A DNA stretch of 25,734 bases from Gammaproteobacteria bacterium (GTDB lineage Bacteria; Pseudomonadota; Gammaproteobacteria; QNFN01), in the NCBI GenBank assembly GCA_036525695.1, contig DATCZX010000288.1:1-25734 (forward strand), written 5' to 3'. Made by a program: the position numbers and the translations under genes. This document shows, one piece after another, positions 16,533-25,734 of this stretch; within the stretch, counting starts at the first letter, position 1; each line of letters starts with the position of its first letter. The notes below the pieces were generated by a model that saw only the letters and a program-made list of their open reading frames with translations, made no database searches and was not told where the DNA came from.

Positions 16533-19007
16533 ATGCCCAGCGACCGCACCGCTTTTCGCTACGACCGCCCCGGCCGCGACGCGGCCGCGCTGCGCCGCTC
16601 GATCGCCAACCACCTGACCTACACGGTGGGCAAGGACCCGATCACCGCGACCGACCGCGACTGGTTCTTCGCCCTCGCCCACGCCACCCGCGACCGCCTG
16701 GCCGAGCGCTGGATGGAGACCATGCGCCGCCTCTACCGGACCGGCACCAAGCGCGTCTACTACCTGTCGCTCGAGTACCTGATCGGCCGGCTGCTGAGCA
16801 CCGGCCTGCACAACATCGGCCTGTTCGACGAGGCGCGCGCGGCGCTCGCCGACCTCGGCCTCGATTTCGACCGCCTGCGCGCCATGGAGCCGGACGCCGC
16901 GCTCGGCAACGGCGGCCTCGGCCGCCTGGCCGCCTGCCTGCTCGACTCGATGGCGACGCTGCGCCTGCCCGGCTACGCCTACGGGATCCGCTACGAGTAC
17001 GGCATGTTCTACCAGCGCATCGTCGACGGGCAGCAGGTCGAACACCCGGAGAACTGGCTGCGCTACGGCAACCCGTGGGAGTTCGCCCGTCCCGAGGTGC
17101 TCTACCCGGTCAAGTTCGGCGGCCGCGTGCTCGACTACCGCGACGAGCAGGGGCGCGCGCGCCATCACTGGGTCGACGCCGAGGAGGTCATGGCGATGGC
17201 CTACGACACGCCGATCCCGGGCTTCGGCACCGAGACCGTGCTCAACCTGCGGCTGTGGTCGGCCAAGGCGACGCGCGACTTCGACCTCGGCTACTTCAAC
17301 GAGGGCAACTACATCCGCGCGGTGGAGGAGAAGACGCGCTCGGAGAACCTGGCGCGCGTGCTCTACCCGGTCGACACCACGCAGATGGGCCGCGAGCTGC
17401 GCCTGAAGCAGCAGTACTTCTTCGCCAGCGCGTCGCTGCAGGACATCCTGTTCCGCTTCCAGCGCCAGTTCGGCGACTTCGCCCTGCTGCCGCAGAAGGT
17501 CGCGATCCAGCTCAACGACACCCACCCGGCGATCGGCATCGCCGAGCTGATGCGGCTGCTGGTCGACGTGCACGGGCTGGACTGGGACGCGGCCTGGGCG
17601 GTGACCGTGCCGACCTTCGGCTACACCAACCACACGCTGCTGCCCGAGGCCCTGGAGGCGTGGCCGGTGACCCTGCTGGAGCGGCTGCTGCCGCGCCACC
17701 TGCAGATCATCTACCTGGTCAACCAGCAGTTCCTCGAGTCGGTGCGGCACCACTTCCCGGGCGACCCAGGGCGCCTGCGGCGGATGTCGCTGATCGACGA
17801 GGACGGCGAGCGCCGCGTGCGCATGGCGCACCTGGCCTGCGTCGGCAGCCACCGCGTGAACGGCGTCTCCGCGCTGCACACCGACCTGTTGCGCGGCTCC
17901 ACGCTGCGCGACTTCGCCGAGCTCACGCCGCAGCGCATCGTCAACGTGACCAACGGCATCACCCCGCGGCGCTGGCTCGACCTGGCCAACCCCCAGCTCT
18001 CCGCCCTGGTCACCGCGGCGATCGGCCCGGGCTGGCTGACCGATCTCGAGCGCCTCGCCACGCTCGCCCCGCTGGCCGAGGATGCCGGCTTCCGCGAGCA
18101 GTTCCGCGCGGTCAAGGCGGCGAAGAAGCGGCGCCTGTGCGCGATGATCGAGACACACCTGGGGATGAGCATCGATCCGGCGATGCTGTTCGACGTCCAG
18201 GTCAAGCGCATCCACGAGTACAAGCGGCAGCTGCTGAACCTGCTGCACGTGATCACCCTGTACCAGCGGCTGCGCGACACGCCGGGCAGCGGCAGCGTGC
18301 CGCGGCTGTGCCTGTTCGCCGGCAAGGCGGCGCCGAGCTACAGCGTCGCGAAGCAGGTGATCCGCCTGATCAATGACGTCGCCGAGGCGGTCAACAACGA
18401 CCCCGCGGTCAACGGCTCGCTGCGCGTGGTGTTCGTGCCGAACTACGACGTCTCCACCGCCACCGACGTGATCCCGGCGGCCGAGCTGTCGGAACAGATC
18501 TCGCTGGCGGGGACCGAGGCCTCGGGCACCGGCAACATGAAGCTGGCGCTGAACGGCGCGCTGACCATCGGCACCCTCGACGGCGCCAACATCGAGATCC
18601 GCAACGCCGTCGGCGCGGAGAACTTCTTCGCCTTCGGCCTCGACACCGCGGGCGTCGAGCAGCAGCGCCTCGACCCGCGCCCGGGACGCGAGATCTGCGC
18701 CGCGAACGGGGAGCTGCGCGCGGTGCTGCAGATGATCGGGGACGGCTTCTTCTCGCCGCAGGAGCCGGGGCGCCACCGCGCCCTGGTGACGCAGCTGCTC
18801 GACGGCCACGACCGCTTCCTGGTGCTCGCCGACTACGCCGACTACGTCGCCTGCCATGAGCGGGTCGTCGCGCTGTACCGGGACCCGGAGGAGTGGACGC
18901 GCCGGGCGATCCGCAACGTCGCCGCGATGGGCCGCTTCTCCAGCGACCGCACCGTGCTCGATTACGCGCGGCTGGTCTGGGGGGTCGAGGCGCTGCCGGA
19001 AGGGTGA
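16533..19007 (+). CDS. glgP: Glycogen/starch/alpha-glucan phosphorylase
   Basis: 824 aa with LGNGGLGRLAAC, GIRYEYGMF, IQLNDTHP, KRIHEYKRQLLN and the PLP-lysine motif EASGTGNMK. Confidence 0.97.
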   Translation: MPSDRTAFRYDRPGRDAAALRRSIANHLTYTVGKDPITATDRDWFFALAHATRDRLAERWMETMRRLYRTGTKRVYYLSLEYLIGRLLSTGLHNIGLFDEARAALADLGLDFDRLRAMEPDAALGNGGLGRLAACLLDSMATLRLPGYAYGIRYEYGMFYQRIVDGQQVEHPENWLRYGNPWEFARPEVLYPVKFGGRVLDYRDEQGRARHHWVDAEEVMAMAYDTPIPGFGTETVLNLRLWSAKATRDFDLGYFNEGNYIRAVEEKTRSENLARVLYPVDTTQMGRELRLKQQYFFASASLQDILFRFQRQFGDFALLPQKVAIQLNDTHPAIGIAELMRLLVDVHGLDWDAAWAVTVPTFGYTNHTLLPEALEAWPVTLLERLLPRHLQIIYLVNQQFLESVRHHFPGDPGRLRRMSLIDEDGERRVRMAHLACVGSHRVNGVSALHTDLLRGSTLRDFAELTPQRIVNVTNGITPRRWLDLANPQLSALVTAAIGPGWLTDLERLATLAPLAEDAGFREQFRAVKAAKKRRLCAMIETHLGMSIDPAMLFDVQVKRIHEYKRQLLNLLHVITLYQRLRDTPGSGSVPRLCLFAGKAAPSYSVAKQVIRLINDVAEAVNNDPAVNGSLRVVFVPNYDVSTATDVIPAAELSEQISLAGTEASGTGNMKLALNGALTIGTLDGANIEIRNAVGAENFFAFGLDTAGVEQQRLDPRPGREICAANGELRAVLQMIGDGFFSPQEPGRHRALVTQLLDGHDRFLVLADYADYVACHERVVALYRDPEEWTRRAIRNVAAMGRFSSDRTVLDYARLVWGVEALPEG

Positions 19008-19017
19008 CGCGACGCGC

Positions 19018-20274
<1,257 letters not shown>

Positions 20275-20419
20275 GATTTGGCGTTCACGGGATTCCAGGA
20301 ATGGATCTCCAGGCGCGAATGGCCTGGTGGGGCATGCGGTGAGAGAGAGTGTCGGGCTTGGGGGCAGGAGGCCTGCCTGCCGGGGCGCTACTCTGGGCGC
20401 CCTTACAAGAAGCTGGTGA

Positions 20420-20448
20420 AAACTAGCATGTAACCAGGGCCAGGTCCA
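20420..20448 (-). promoter_or_regulatory. Candidate internal rho promoter in the trxA-rho spacer
   Basis: Minus strand TGGACC, 17-nt spacer ending TGC, TAGTTT. This resembles my recollection of the E. coli rho promoter (TGGACG-N17-TAACTT), which should be confirmed by alignment. Confidence 0.55.
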
Positions 20449-20475
20449 GCCTGCCAACCGGGCCCGGAACGGGTT

Positions 20476-20802
20476 CTAGATGCTGCTGTCGATGAACGCG
20501 GTCAGCTGGGACTTGGAGACGGCGCCGACCTTGGTCGCCTCGACGTTGCCGTCCTTGAACAGCATCAGCGTCGGGATGCCGCGGATGCCGTAGCGCGGCG
20601 GCGTGCTCGGGTTCTCGTCGATGTTCAGCTTGGCCACCCGCAGGCGGTCGCCGTACTCGACGGCGATCTCGTCGAGGATCGGCGCGATCATCTTGCACGG
20701 CCCGCACCACTCCGCCCAGAAATCGACCAGCACCGGGGTCTTCTGCTGCAGGACCTCGGCCTCGAAATTGTCGTCGCTGACGTGTACCAGGGATTCGCTC
20801 AC
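20476..20802 (-). CDS. trxA: Thioredoxin 1
   Basis: 108 aa, GTG start, WCGPC active site, canonical position upstream of rho. Confidence 0.98.
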   Translation of the reverse strand: MSESLVHVSDDNFEAEVLQQKTPVLVDFWAEWCGPCKMIAPILDEIAVEYGDRLRVAKLNIDENPSTPPRYGIRGIPTLMLFKDGNVEATKVGAVSKSQLTAFIDSSI

Positions 20803-20914
20803 GCCTCGTGCCTCCGGAGCAGGGTCCGCGCTTGTGCAGACAGAAGGACCCCTGGCGCGACTCGCGTAGACCCGCGCCAGAGGCCCGATATGAGGGACAT
20901 TTCAGCCCAAACTG

Positions 20915-20923
20915 TGGCATATT
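20915..20923 (+). promoter_or_regulatory. Candidate extended -10 promoter for rhlB
   Basis: TG-G-CATATT, 45 nt upstream of the ATG at 20969. Confidence 0.35.
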
Positions 20924-20968
20924 TCAACCCCACTTGCCGCCACCGCCAGCCGAGACCCGATTCCACGC

Positions 20969-22216
20969 ATGGCCGACACCGTACTCACCGACGTCCCGTT
21001 CGACTCCTTCGCGCTGCACGAGGCGCTGCTGCGCGGACTGCAGGACGCGGGGTTCACCCGCTGCACGCCGATCCAGGCGCTGACCCTGCCGCACGCACTG
21101 GAGGGGCGCGACGTCGCCGGCCAGGCGCAGACCGGCACCGGCAAGACCGCGGCCTTCCTGCTGGCGACGATGAACCGGCTGCTGCTGCGCCCGGGCAACC
21201 CGAAGCTGGCCGGCCAGCCGCGCGCACGGATCCGGGCCCCGACCCGCGAGCTCGCGATCCAGATCCACAAGGACGCGCGGCAGCTCGGCGTGCACGCCGG
21301 GCTGCGCCTGGCACTGGCCTACGGCGGCACCGGCTACGTCGAGCAGCGCGAGCAGATCGCCGCGGGCTGCGAGATCCTGATCGGCACCCCGGGGCGGATC
21401 ATCGACTACTACAAGCAGCGCGTGTTCGACCTCGACGCGATCGAGGTGATGGTGCTCGACGAGGCCGACCGCATGTTCGACCTCGGCTTCATCAAGGACA
21501 TCCGCTACGTGCTGCGGCGCCTGCCAGCGCCAAGCAAGCGGCTCGGCATGCTGTTCTCGGCGACCATGTCGCAGCGCGTCAGCGAGCTCGCCTACGAGCA
21601 CATGAACTCACCGGAGCCGCTCGAGGTCGCGGCCGACAAGGTGACCGCCGACCGCGTGCGCCAGGCGCTCTACCACACCGCGATGGAGGACAAGGTGCCG
21701 CTGCTGCTGGGGCTGCTGCGCCGCCAGGACCCGCGTCGCAGCATCATCTTCGTCAACACCAAGCGCACCGCCGAGCACCTGCACGCGGCGCTCGCCGGCA
21801 ACGGCATCGATGCCGCGGTGCTCTCCGGCGACGTGCCGCAGACCAAGCGCCAGAGCCTGCTGCTGCGCTTCCAGCGCGGCGAGCTGCCGGTGCTGGTGGC
21901 GACCGACGTCGCCGCGCGCGGGTTGCACATCCCCGACGTCAGCCACGTGTTCAACTTCGACCTGCCGCAGGACGCCGAGGACTACGTGCACCGCATCGGC
22001 CGCACCGCCCGCCTCGGCAACGAGGGCGACGCCATCAGCTTCGCCTGCGAGGAGTACGTCTACTCGCTGCCGGAGATCGAGCAGTACATCGGCCACAAGA
22101 TCAACGTCGAGCCGATCGCCAGCGACCTGCTGGTGCAGCCCAAGCCCTCGCTGCGGGTGCCGCGGCGCAAGCGCCCGGACGCCCCGCCCGGCAGGCGTCC
22201 CCGCCGCCGTTCCTGA
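20969..22216 (+). CDS. rhlB: DEAD-box RNA helicase RhlB
   Basis: 415 aa with the Q motif (GFTRCTPIQ), [21 protein letters not shown] and HRIGRTAR motifs and a basic C-terminal tail. Divergent from trxA, as in Gammaproteobacteria. Confidence 0.92.
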   Translation: MADTVLTDVPFDSFALHEALLRGLQDAGFTRCTPIQALTLPHALEGRDVAGQAQTGTGKTAAFLLATMNRLLLRPGNPKLAGQPRARIRAPTRELAIQIHKDARQLGVHAGLRLALAYGGTGYVEQREQIAAGCEILIGTPGRIIDYYKQRVFDLDAIEVMVLDEADRMFDLGFIKDIRYVLRRLPAPSKRLGMLFSATMSQRVSELAYEHMNSPEPLEVAADKVTADRVRQALYHTAMEDKVPLLLGLLRRQDPRRSIIFVNTKRTAEHLHAALAGNGIDAAVLSGDVPQTKRQSLLLRFQRGELPVLVATDVAARGLHIPDVSHVFNFDLPQDAEDYVHRIGRTARLGNEGDAISFACEEYVYSLPEIEQYIGHKINVEPIASDLLVQPKPSLRVPRRKRPDAPPGRRPRRRS

Positions 22217-22349
22217 GAGACCGCGGCGGGCCGATGAGGTGCCCAGCAGGCGTCCGCAGCAGACGGCCGGGTCGGCCGACCGGCGTGCCGCGGCACCGCC
22301 TTCGCCCTGCCCTCGCTCACCCTGACCGCGCGGTTGCGGGACCCTGAGC

Positions 22350-23921
22350 GTGCGCCCGGAACTCCAGGCACCGCAGGTCAACGACTACGAGAACCCGACC
22401 TTCGAACGACGGGAGGCCCAGGTTCGCCGCTGGGTCGACGACCTCCCGGTGCTCAACCTGACCCGCACCGTCCCCGAGCTGGCCAGGCAGATCCCGCTGC
22501 TGGTGCGCGAGCCGCTGACCGCGGCCGAGCGGATGCGCCTGCTCGAGCTGTTCCGCGTCCCGGTCAACGGCGTCATCGCCGCCGCGGACAACCGCCGCCT
22601 GCGGCAGACCCCGATCTCCTCCGGCGCGCGCCAGCGGATCAAGGAGGAGCTGCTCGAGCTGGGCTACGAGATGGCCAACGGCTACAAGGTGGTGATCAAC
22701 GAGCTGCTCGACCGCGGCCGCACCCCGGACAGCGACGGCACCCTGCTGCTGGCGCTCCACCGCGCGCTCGAACAGCTGCGCAACGCGCTGCTGCAGACCT
22801 ACCGCATCTACCGCGCGGTGCCGCCGCGGCACTTCCTCGAGCTGCACCACCTGCACCTGTTTGCCGACCGCCACGGCGTCGCGCAGAAGGCGATCCCGAC
22901 GGACAACACCGTGCCCGAGGACGCCAACGCCGGCCTGGTCTACCTGCGCGCGATGCTGCTGGCGATCGCCGACCCGTTCCGCCTGGTCGACGGCGCGATC
23001 GAGGACCTGTACCAGTTCCTCGGCCGCCAGGTGCAGCAGTGCCAACTGCAGGCCGGGATCATCGGCGACAAGCGCAGCGACGGCGTGTTCCTGATCCGCG
23101 CCGACTCCGACCTGCCGCCGGTGATCTTCGGCCGCGCCCCGCTCGACCGCCCCGGGGAAGCGCCCTACAGCCTGAACACCGGCGCCCTGATCGAGCTGCT
23201 GGACGCCAAGCCCGGCCAGCCCGGGGCCGATTCCCTGGAGACCTTCAGCAAGTGGTTGCTGCCGCGCCTGCGCGTGGCCTGGGAGCGGGCGCACCCGCGC
23301 CGCCAGGTCGACAAGCATGCACGCGTCGCTATCGGCCTGGCCACGGCGTGCTTCCTGCTGTCACCGTCCGGGCGCAGCAACCTGACCCGCCCGGCCAGCG
23401 CCTCCTACGGTATCGAGGTGCAGGAACTGGAGAGCGAGGAGGACGAGGCGGTCAGCCTGGAGTCCTGGAAGATCGTCAACGAGAGCCTCACCGGGTACAT
23501 GCTCAGCCACCCCGAGTCGGACCAGCTGGGGGTGCGCGTCGGCGACCTGCTGCTGGTGCTGCCCGAGGTGGCGGGCGCTGCCCAGGCGCAGCCGGTGATC
23601 ACCCTCGCGCGCTGGATGGGGGACAAGGACGGCGAGTTGCAGGTAGGCGTGGAGATCCTGCCCGGCCAGGCCAGCCCGGTGACGCTGCAGCTGGCGCAGC
23701 AGCCCTCCGCGCCGCAGGGCACCGGTGCGCTCTACCTGCCGACGATCAAGCAGCTGCAGGTGCCGCCGTCGCTGGTCGCGCCCAAGGGTCTGCACCAGCC
23801 CGCGCGGAAGCTGCGCATCCACACCGGCAGCCGTGAGGTCGACATCAGCTGCGGCGAGCTGCTGACCTCGACCGAGTTCCTCGACCGCTTCCGCTTCGGC
23901 CGCGCCGCGGCCGGCAGCTAG
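22350..23921 (+). CDS. Conserved hypothetical protein: helical N-terminal region, PilZ-like C-terminal region
   Basis: 523-aa ORF with a GTG start and host-like codon usage. RxxxR (R313-R317) and NxSxxG (N377-G382) motifs, followed by a beta-strand pattern (RVGDLLLV, ARWM, LQVGVEIL). The CDS is solid; the function is tentative. Confidence 0.7.
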   Translation: MRPELQAPQVNDYENPTFERREAQVRRWVDDLPVLNLTRTVPELARQIPLLVREPLTAAERMRLLELFRVPVNGVIAAADNRRLRQTPISSGARQRIKEELLELGYEMANGYKVVINELLDRGRTPDSDGTLLLALHRALEQLRNALLQTYRIYRAVPPRHFLELHHLHLFADRHGVAQKAIPTDNTVPEDANAGLVYLRAMLLAIADPFRLVDGAIEDLYQFLGRQVQQCQLQAGIIGDKRSDGVFLIRADSDLPPVIFGRAPLDRPGEAPYSLNTGALIELLDAKPGQPGADSLETFSKWLLPRLRVAWERAHPRRQVDKHARVAIGLATACFLLSPSGRSNLTRPASASYGIEVQELESEEDEAVSLESWKIVNESLTGYMLSHPESDQLGVRVGDLLLVLPEVAGAAQAQPVITLARWMGDKDGELQVGVEILPGQASPVTLQLAQQPSAPQGTGALYLPTIKQLQVPPSLVAPKGLHQPARKLRIHTGSREVDISCGELLTSTEFLDRFRFGRAAAGS

Positions 23922-24592
23922 TCAACCGCCGCCAGGGCCGGCACCGGCAACAGGTCGGCGAAGCTCTCCAGCGCGGCGAACTCGGCGGTCTCGCGCGGCG
24001 GGTGGCCGCTGTCCGGGCGGCGCACCGCGAGCAGCTGACCGATGCCGTAGCGCGCGGCGCTGCGCAACACCGGCAGGCTGTCGTCGATCAGCAACGTGGC
24101 TGGCGGGGTGAACGGCTCGCGCTGCTGCAGCTGGGACCAGAAGCCGGCCTGCTCCTTCGGCAGGCCGAAGTCGTGGGCGCAGACCACGCCGTCGAGGTGG
24201 CCGCCGAGACGGGTGCGCTGCAGCTTCAGCTCCAGGCTGCGGCCGTGGGCGTTGGTCACCAGCACCGCGCGGCGCCCGGAGGCACGCAACGCGTCGAGCC
24301 AGGTGACCACGTGCGGGTGCACCGCGATCAGGTGGTCGACCTCGAGCTTGAGCTGGCCGATGTCGAGCCCGAGCTGCTCGCTCCAGTAGTCGATGCAGTA
24401 CCAGGCCATGGTGCCCTCGACCGCGCGGTAGCGCTCCAGCAGCTGGCTGCGCGCCTGCTCCAGCGGCAGCGCGTGGCGTTCGGCGAAGCGGTGCGGCACG
24501 TGCTCGAGCCAGAAGTGGTTGTCGAAGCGCAGGTCGAGCAGCGTGCCGTCCATGTCGAGCAGCACGGTGGTGATGCGGGACCAGTCGAGCAT
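23918..24592 (-). CDS. yrfG: HAD-family GMP/IMP nucleotidase YrfG
   Basis: 224 aa from MLDWSRITTVLLDMDGTLLDLRFDNHFW (ATG at 24592, AGGAG RBS). Also LVTNAH, PKE and LIDDS motifs. Confidence 0.92.
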   Translation of the reverse strand: MLDWSRITTVLLDMDGTLLDLRFDNHFWLEHVPHRFAERHALPLEQARSQLLERYRAVEGTMAWYCIDYWSEQLGLDIGQLKLEVDHLIAVHPHVVTWLDALRASGRRAVLVTNAHGRSLELKLQRTRLGGHLDGVVCAHDFGLPKEQAGFWSQLQQREPFTPPATLLIDDSLPVLRSAARYGIGQLLAVRRPDSGHPPRETAEFAALESFADLLPVPALAAVD

Positions 24593-24620
24593 GGGTCGCG
24601 GGCTCCTGGGGACTGCCCCT

Positions 24621-24656
24621 AGCCTATCAGCGCTGCGCCGGCAGCTGTGGCAAAAT
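24621..24656. promoter_or_regulatory. Back-to-back extended -10 candidates for yrfG (-) and cysQ (+)
   Basis: Minus strand TG-A-TAGGCT (24629-24621); plus strand TG-G-CAAAAT (24648-24656). Confidence 0.4.
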
Positions 24657-24672
24657 CGCACGCCTCGCATCC

Positions 24673-25503
24673 GTGATGCCCAGCTGCACCCCCGACATGG
24701 ACCACCCCGCCGCGCTGCTGCCCGCCGTGCGTGCCCTCGGCGAGGCCGCCGGGCGCGAGATCATGGCCATCTACGCCACCGAGTTCAAGGTGCGCCAGAA
24801 GGACGACGACTCGCCGCTGACCGCCGCCGACATGGCCGCCCACCACGCCATCGTCGACGGTCTGCGCGCGCTGACGCCCGAGCTGCCGGTGCTCTCCGAG
24901 GAGTCGGCCGACATCCCGTTCGAGGTGCGCCGGACCTGGCCGCGCTACTGGCTGATCGATCCGCTCGACGGCACCCGCGAATTCGTCAAGCGCAACGGCG
25001 AGTTCACCGTCAACATCGCGCTGATCGACGGCCACGAACCGGTCCTCGGCGTGGTCCACGTGCCGGTCAGCGGGATCGGTTACGAGGCGGCACGCGGGCA
25101 CGGTGCGTTCCGCGTCGACCCGGGCGCGGCACCGCGGGCGATCCATGCCAGCGCGCTCGGCGACGGACCGGTGCGCATCGCCGGCTCCCGCTCGCACGGC
25201 AGCGCGGCGCTCGAGGCGTTCCTCGCGCGGCTCGGTGCGCACGAGGTCGTGCGCATCGGCAGCTCGCTGAAATCGTGCCTGGTCGCCGAGGGCCGCGCCG
25301 ACCTCTACCCGCGTCTCGGCCCGACCTCGGAGTGGGACACCGCGGCGGCCCAGTGCATCGTCGAGACGGCCGGCGGCAGGGTCACCGACACGGCCATGCG
25401 GCCGCTGCGCTACAACACCAAGGCGTCGCTGCTGAACCCGCACTTCTTCGTCTCCGGGGATCCGCGCGTAGACTGGTCGGGCTACCTGCCGCCCCGCGGC
25501 TGA
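24673..25503 (+). CDS. cysQ: 3'(2'),5'-bisphosphate nucleotidase CysQ
   Basis: Motifs KDDDSPLTAAD, VLSEE, YWLIDPLDGTREF, GSSLK.CLVAEG.AD.YPR.GPT.EWDTAA. The start is uncertain (GTG 24673, ATG 24676 or ATG 24697). Confidence 0.95.
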   Translation: MMPSCTPDMDHPAALLPAVRALGEAAGREIMAIYATEFKVRQKDDDSPLTAADMAAHHAIVDGLRALTPELPVLSEESADIPFEVRRTWPRYWLIDPLDGTREFVKRNGEFTVNIALIDGHEPVLGVVHVPVSGIGYEAARGHGAFRVDPGAAPRAIHASALGDGPVRIAGSRSHGSAALEAFLARLGAHEVVRIGSSLKSCLVAEGRADLYPRLGPTSEWDTAAAQCIVETAGGRVTDTAMRPLRYNTKASLLNPHFFVSGDPRVDWSGYLPPRG

Positions 25504-25554
25504 AGCGGCAGGGCAGTCGTGAACCCACCCCAGGAGCCGTGACAGGACACCAGC

Positions 25555-25734
25555 ATGGAGCTCATCGACACCGTCGCGCTGAGCCTCGGCGCCGCCTGGG
25601 CCAGCGGCATCAACCTGTACGCCGCGCTGTTCATGCTCGGCTTCATGCACAGCGGCGGCTACCTCGAGCTGCCGCCCGACCTGCTGGTCCTGGCCGACCC
25701 GCTGGTGATGATCGCCGCGGCGTTCATGTACTGC
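25555..25734 (+). CDS. DUF4126-family membrane protein, 5' part; runs off the window end
   Basis: Not in the ORF track. Manual translation MELIDTVALSLGAAWASGINLYAALFMLG...LPPDLLVLADPLV... contains the WASGINLY motif; AGGA RBS upstream. Confidence 0.75.
   Translation, partial: MELIDTVALSLGAAWASGINLYAALFMLGFMHSGGYLELPPDLLVLADPLVMIAAAFMYC

Noticed and set aside
12790-18857. Track ORFs 12790-14982, 12823-13989, 13944-15899 and 15933-18857 as large multidomain proteins
   Set aside because: Only their C-terminal ends are real (DUF302, radical SAM, ubiV, ubiT). The rest is antisense or off-frame shadow of neighbouring genes.
22217-22349. Short palindromes (GGTCGGCCGACC, GTGCCGCGGCAC) downstream of rhlB as REP elements or an sRNA
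   Set aside because: All-GC-rich 12-mers are frequent at this composition. They are not repeated elsewhere in the window and show no RNA-family features I can recognise.

Overview
This is a very GC-rich, gene-dense chromosomal window, most likely from a Gammaproteobacterium (inferred from the rhlB/trxA-rho block and yrfG/cysQ). I found no rRNA, tRNA, CRISPR array or mobile element. Left third (1-8.9 kb): an aromatic-acid catabolic cluster. A Liv-type ABC importer (binding protein plus two permeases, cut off by the window edge) is transcribed divergently from four translationally coupled genes: an FlK-like thioesterase and padB-padC-padD (molybdopterin phenylacetyl-CoA:acceptor oxidoreductase). 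A phenylacetate-CoA ligase follows. The phenylglyoxylate oxidoreductase genes (padEFGHI) and a local regulator gene are not in the window. Both divergent promoters carry AT-rich palindromes resembling the LiuR (MerR-family) operator. Middle: an OmpA/OprF-like protein with three 90-bp thrombospondin-type-3-like repeats, a PfkB (adenosine kinase-like) gene, an ECF sigma/anti-sigma pair, a DUF302 protein, a TatD-associated-type radical SAM gene directly upstream of ubiU-ubiV, a convergent ubiT, and glycogen phosphorylase. Right: rho, trxA, rhlB (with two odd Leu-to-Arg codons before motif Ia), a 523-aa protein with a split PilZ-like motif, yrfG, cysQ and the start of a DUF4126 gene. The best leads are the LiuR-like operators on a partial pad cluster and the radical SAM gene attached to ubiUV. 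All family assignments come from motif recognition by eye, not from database searches.
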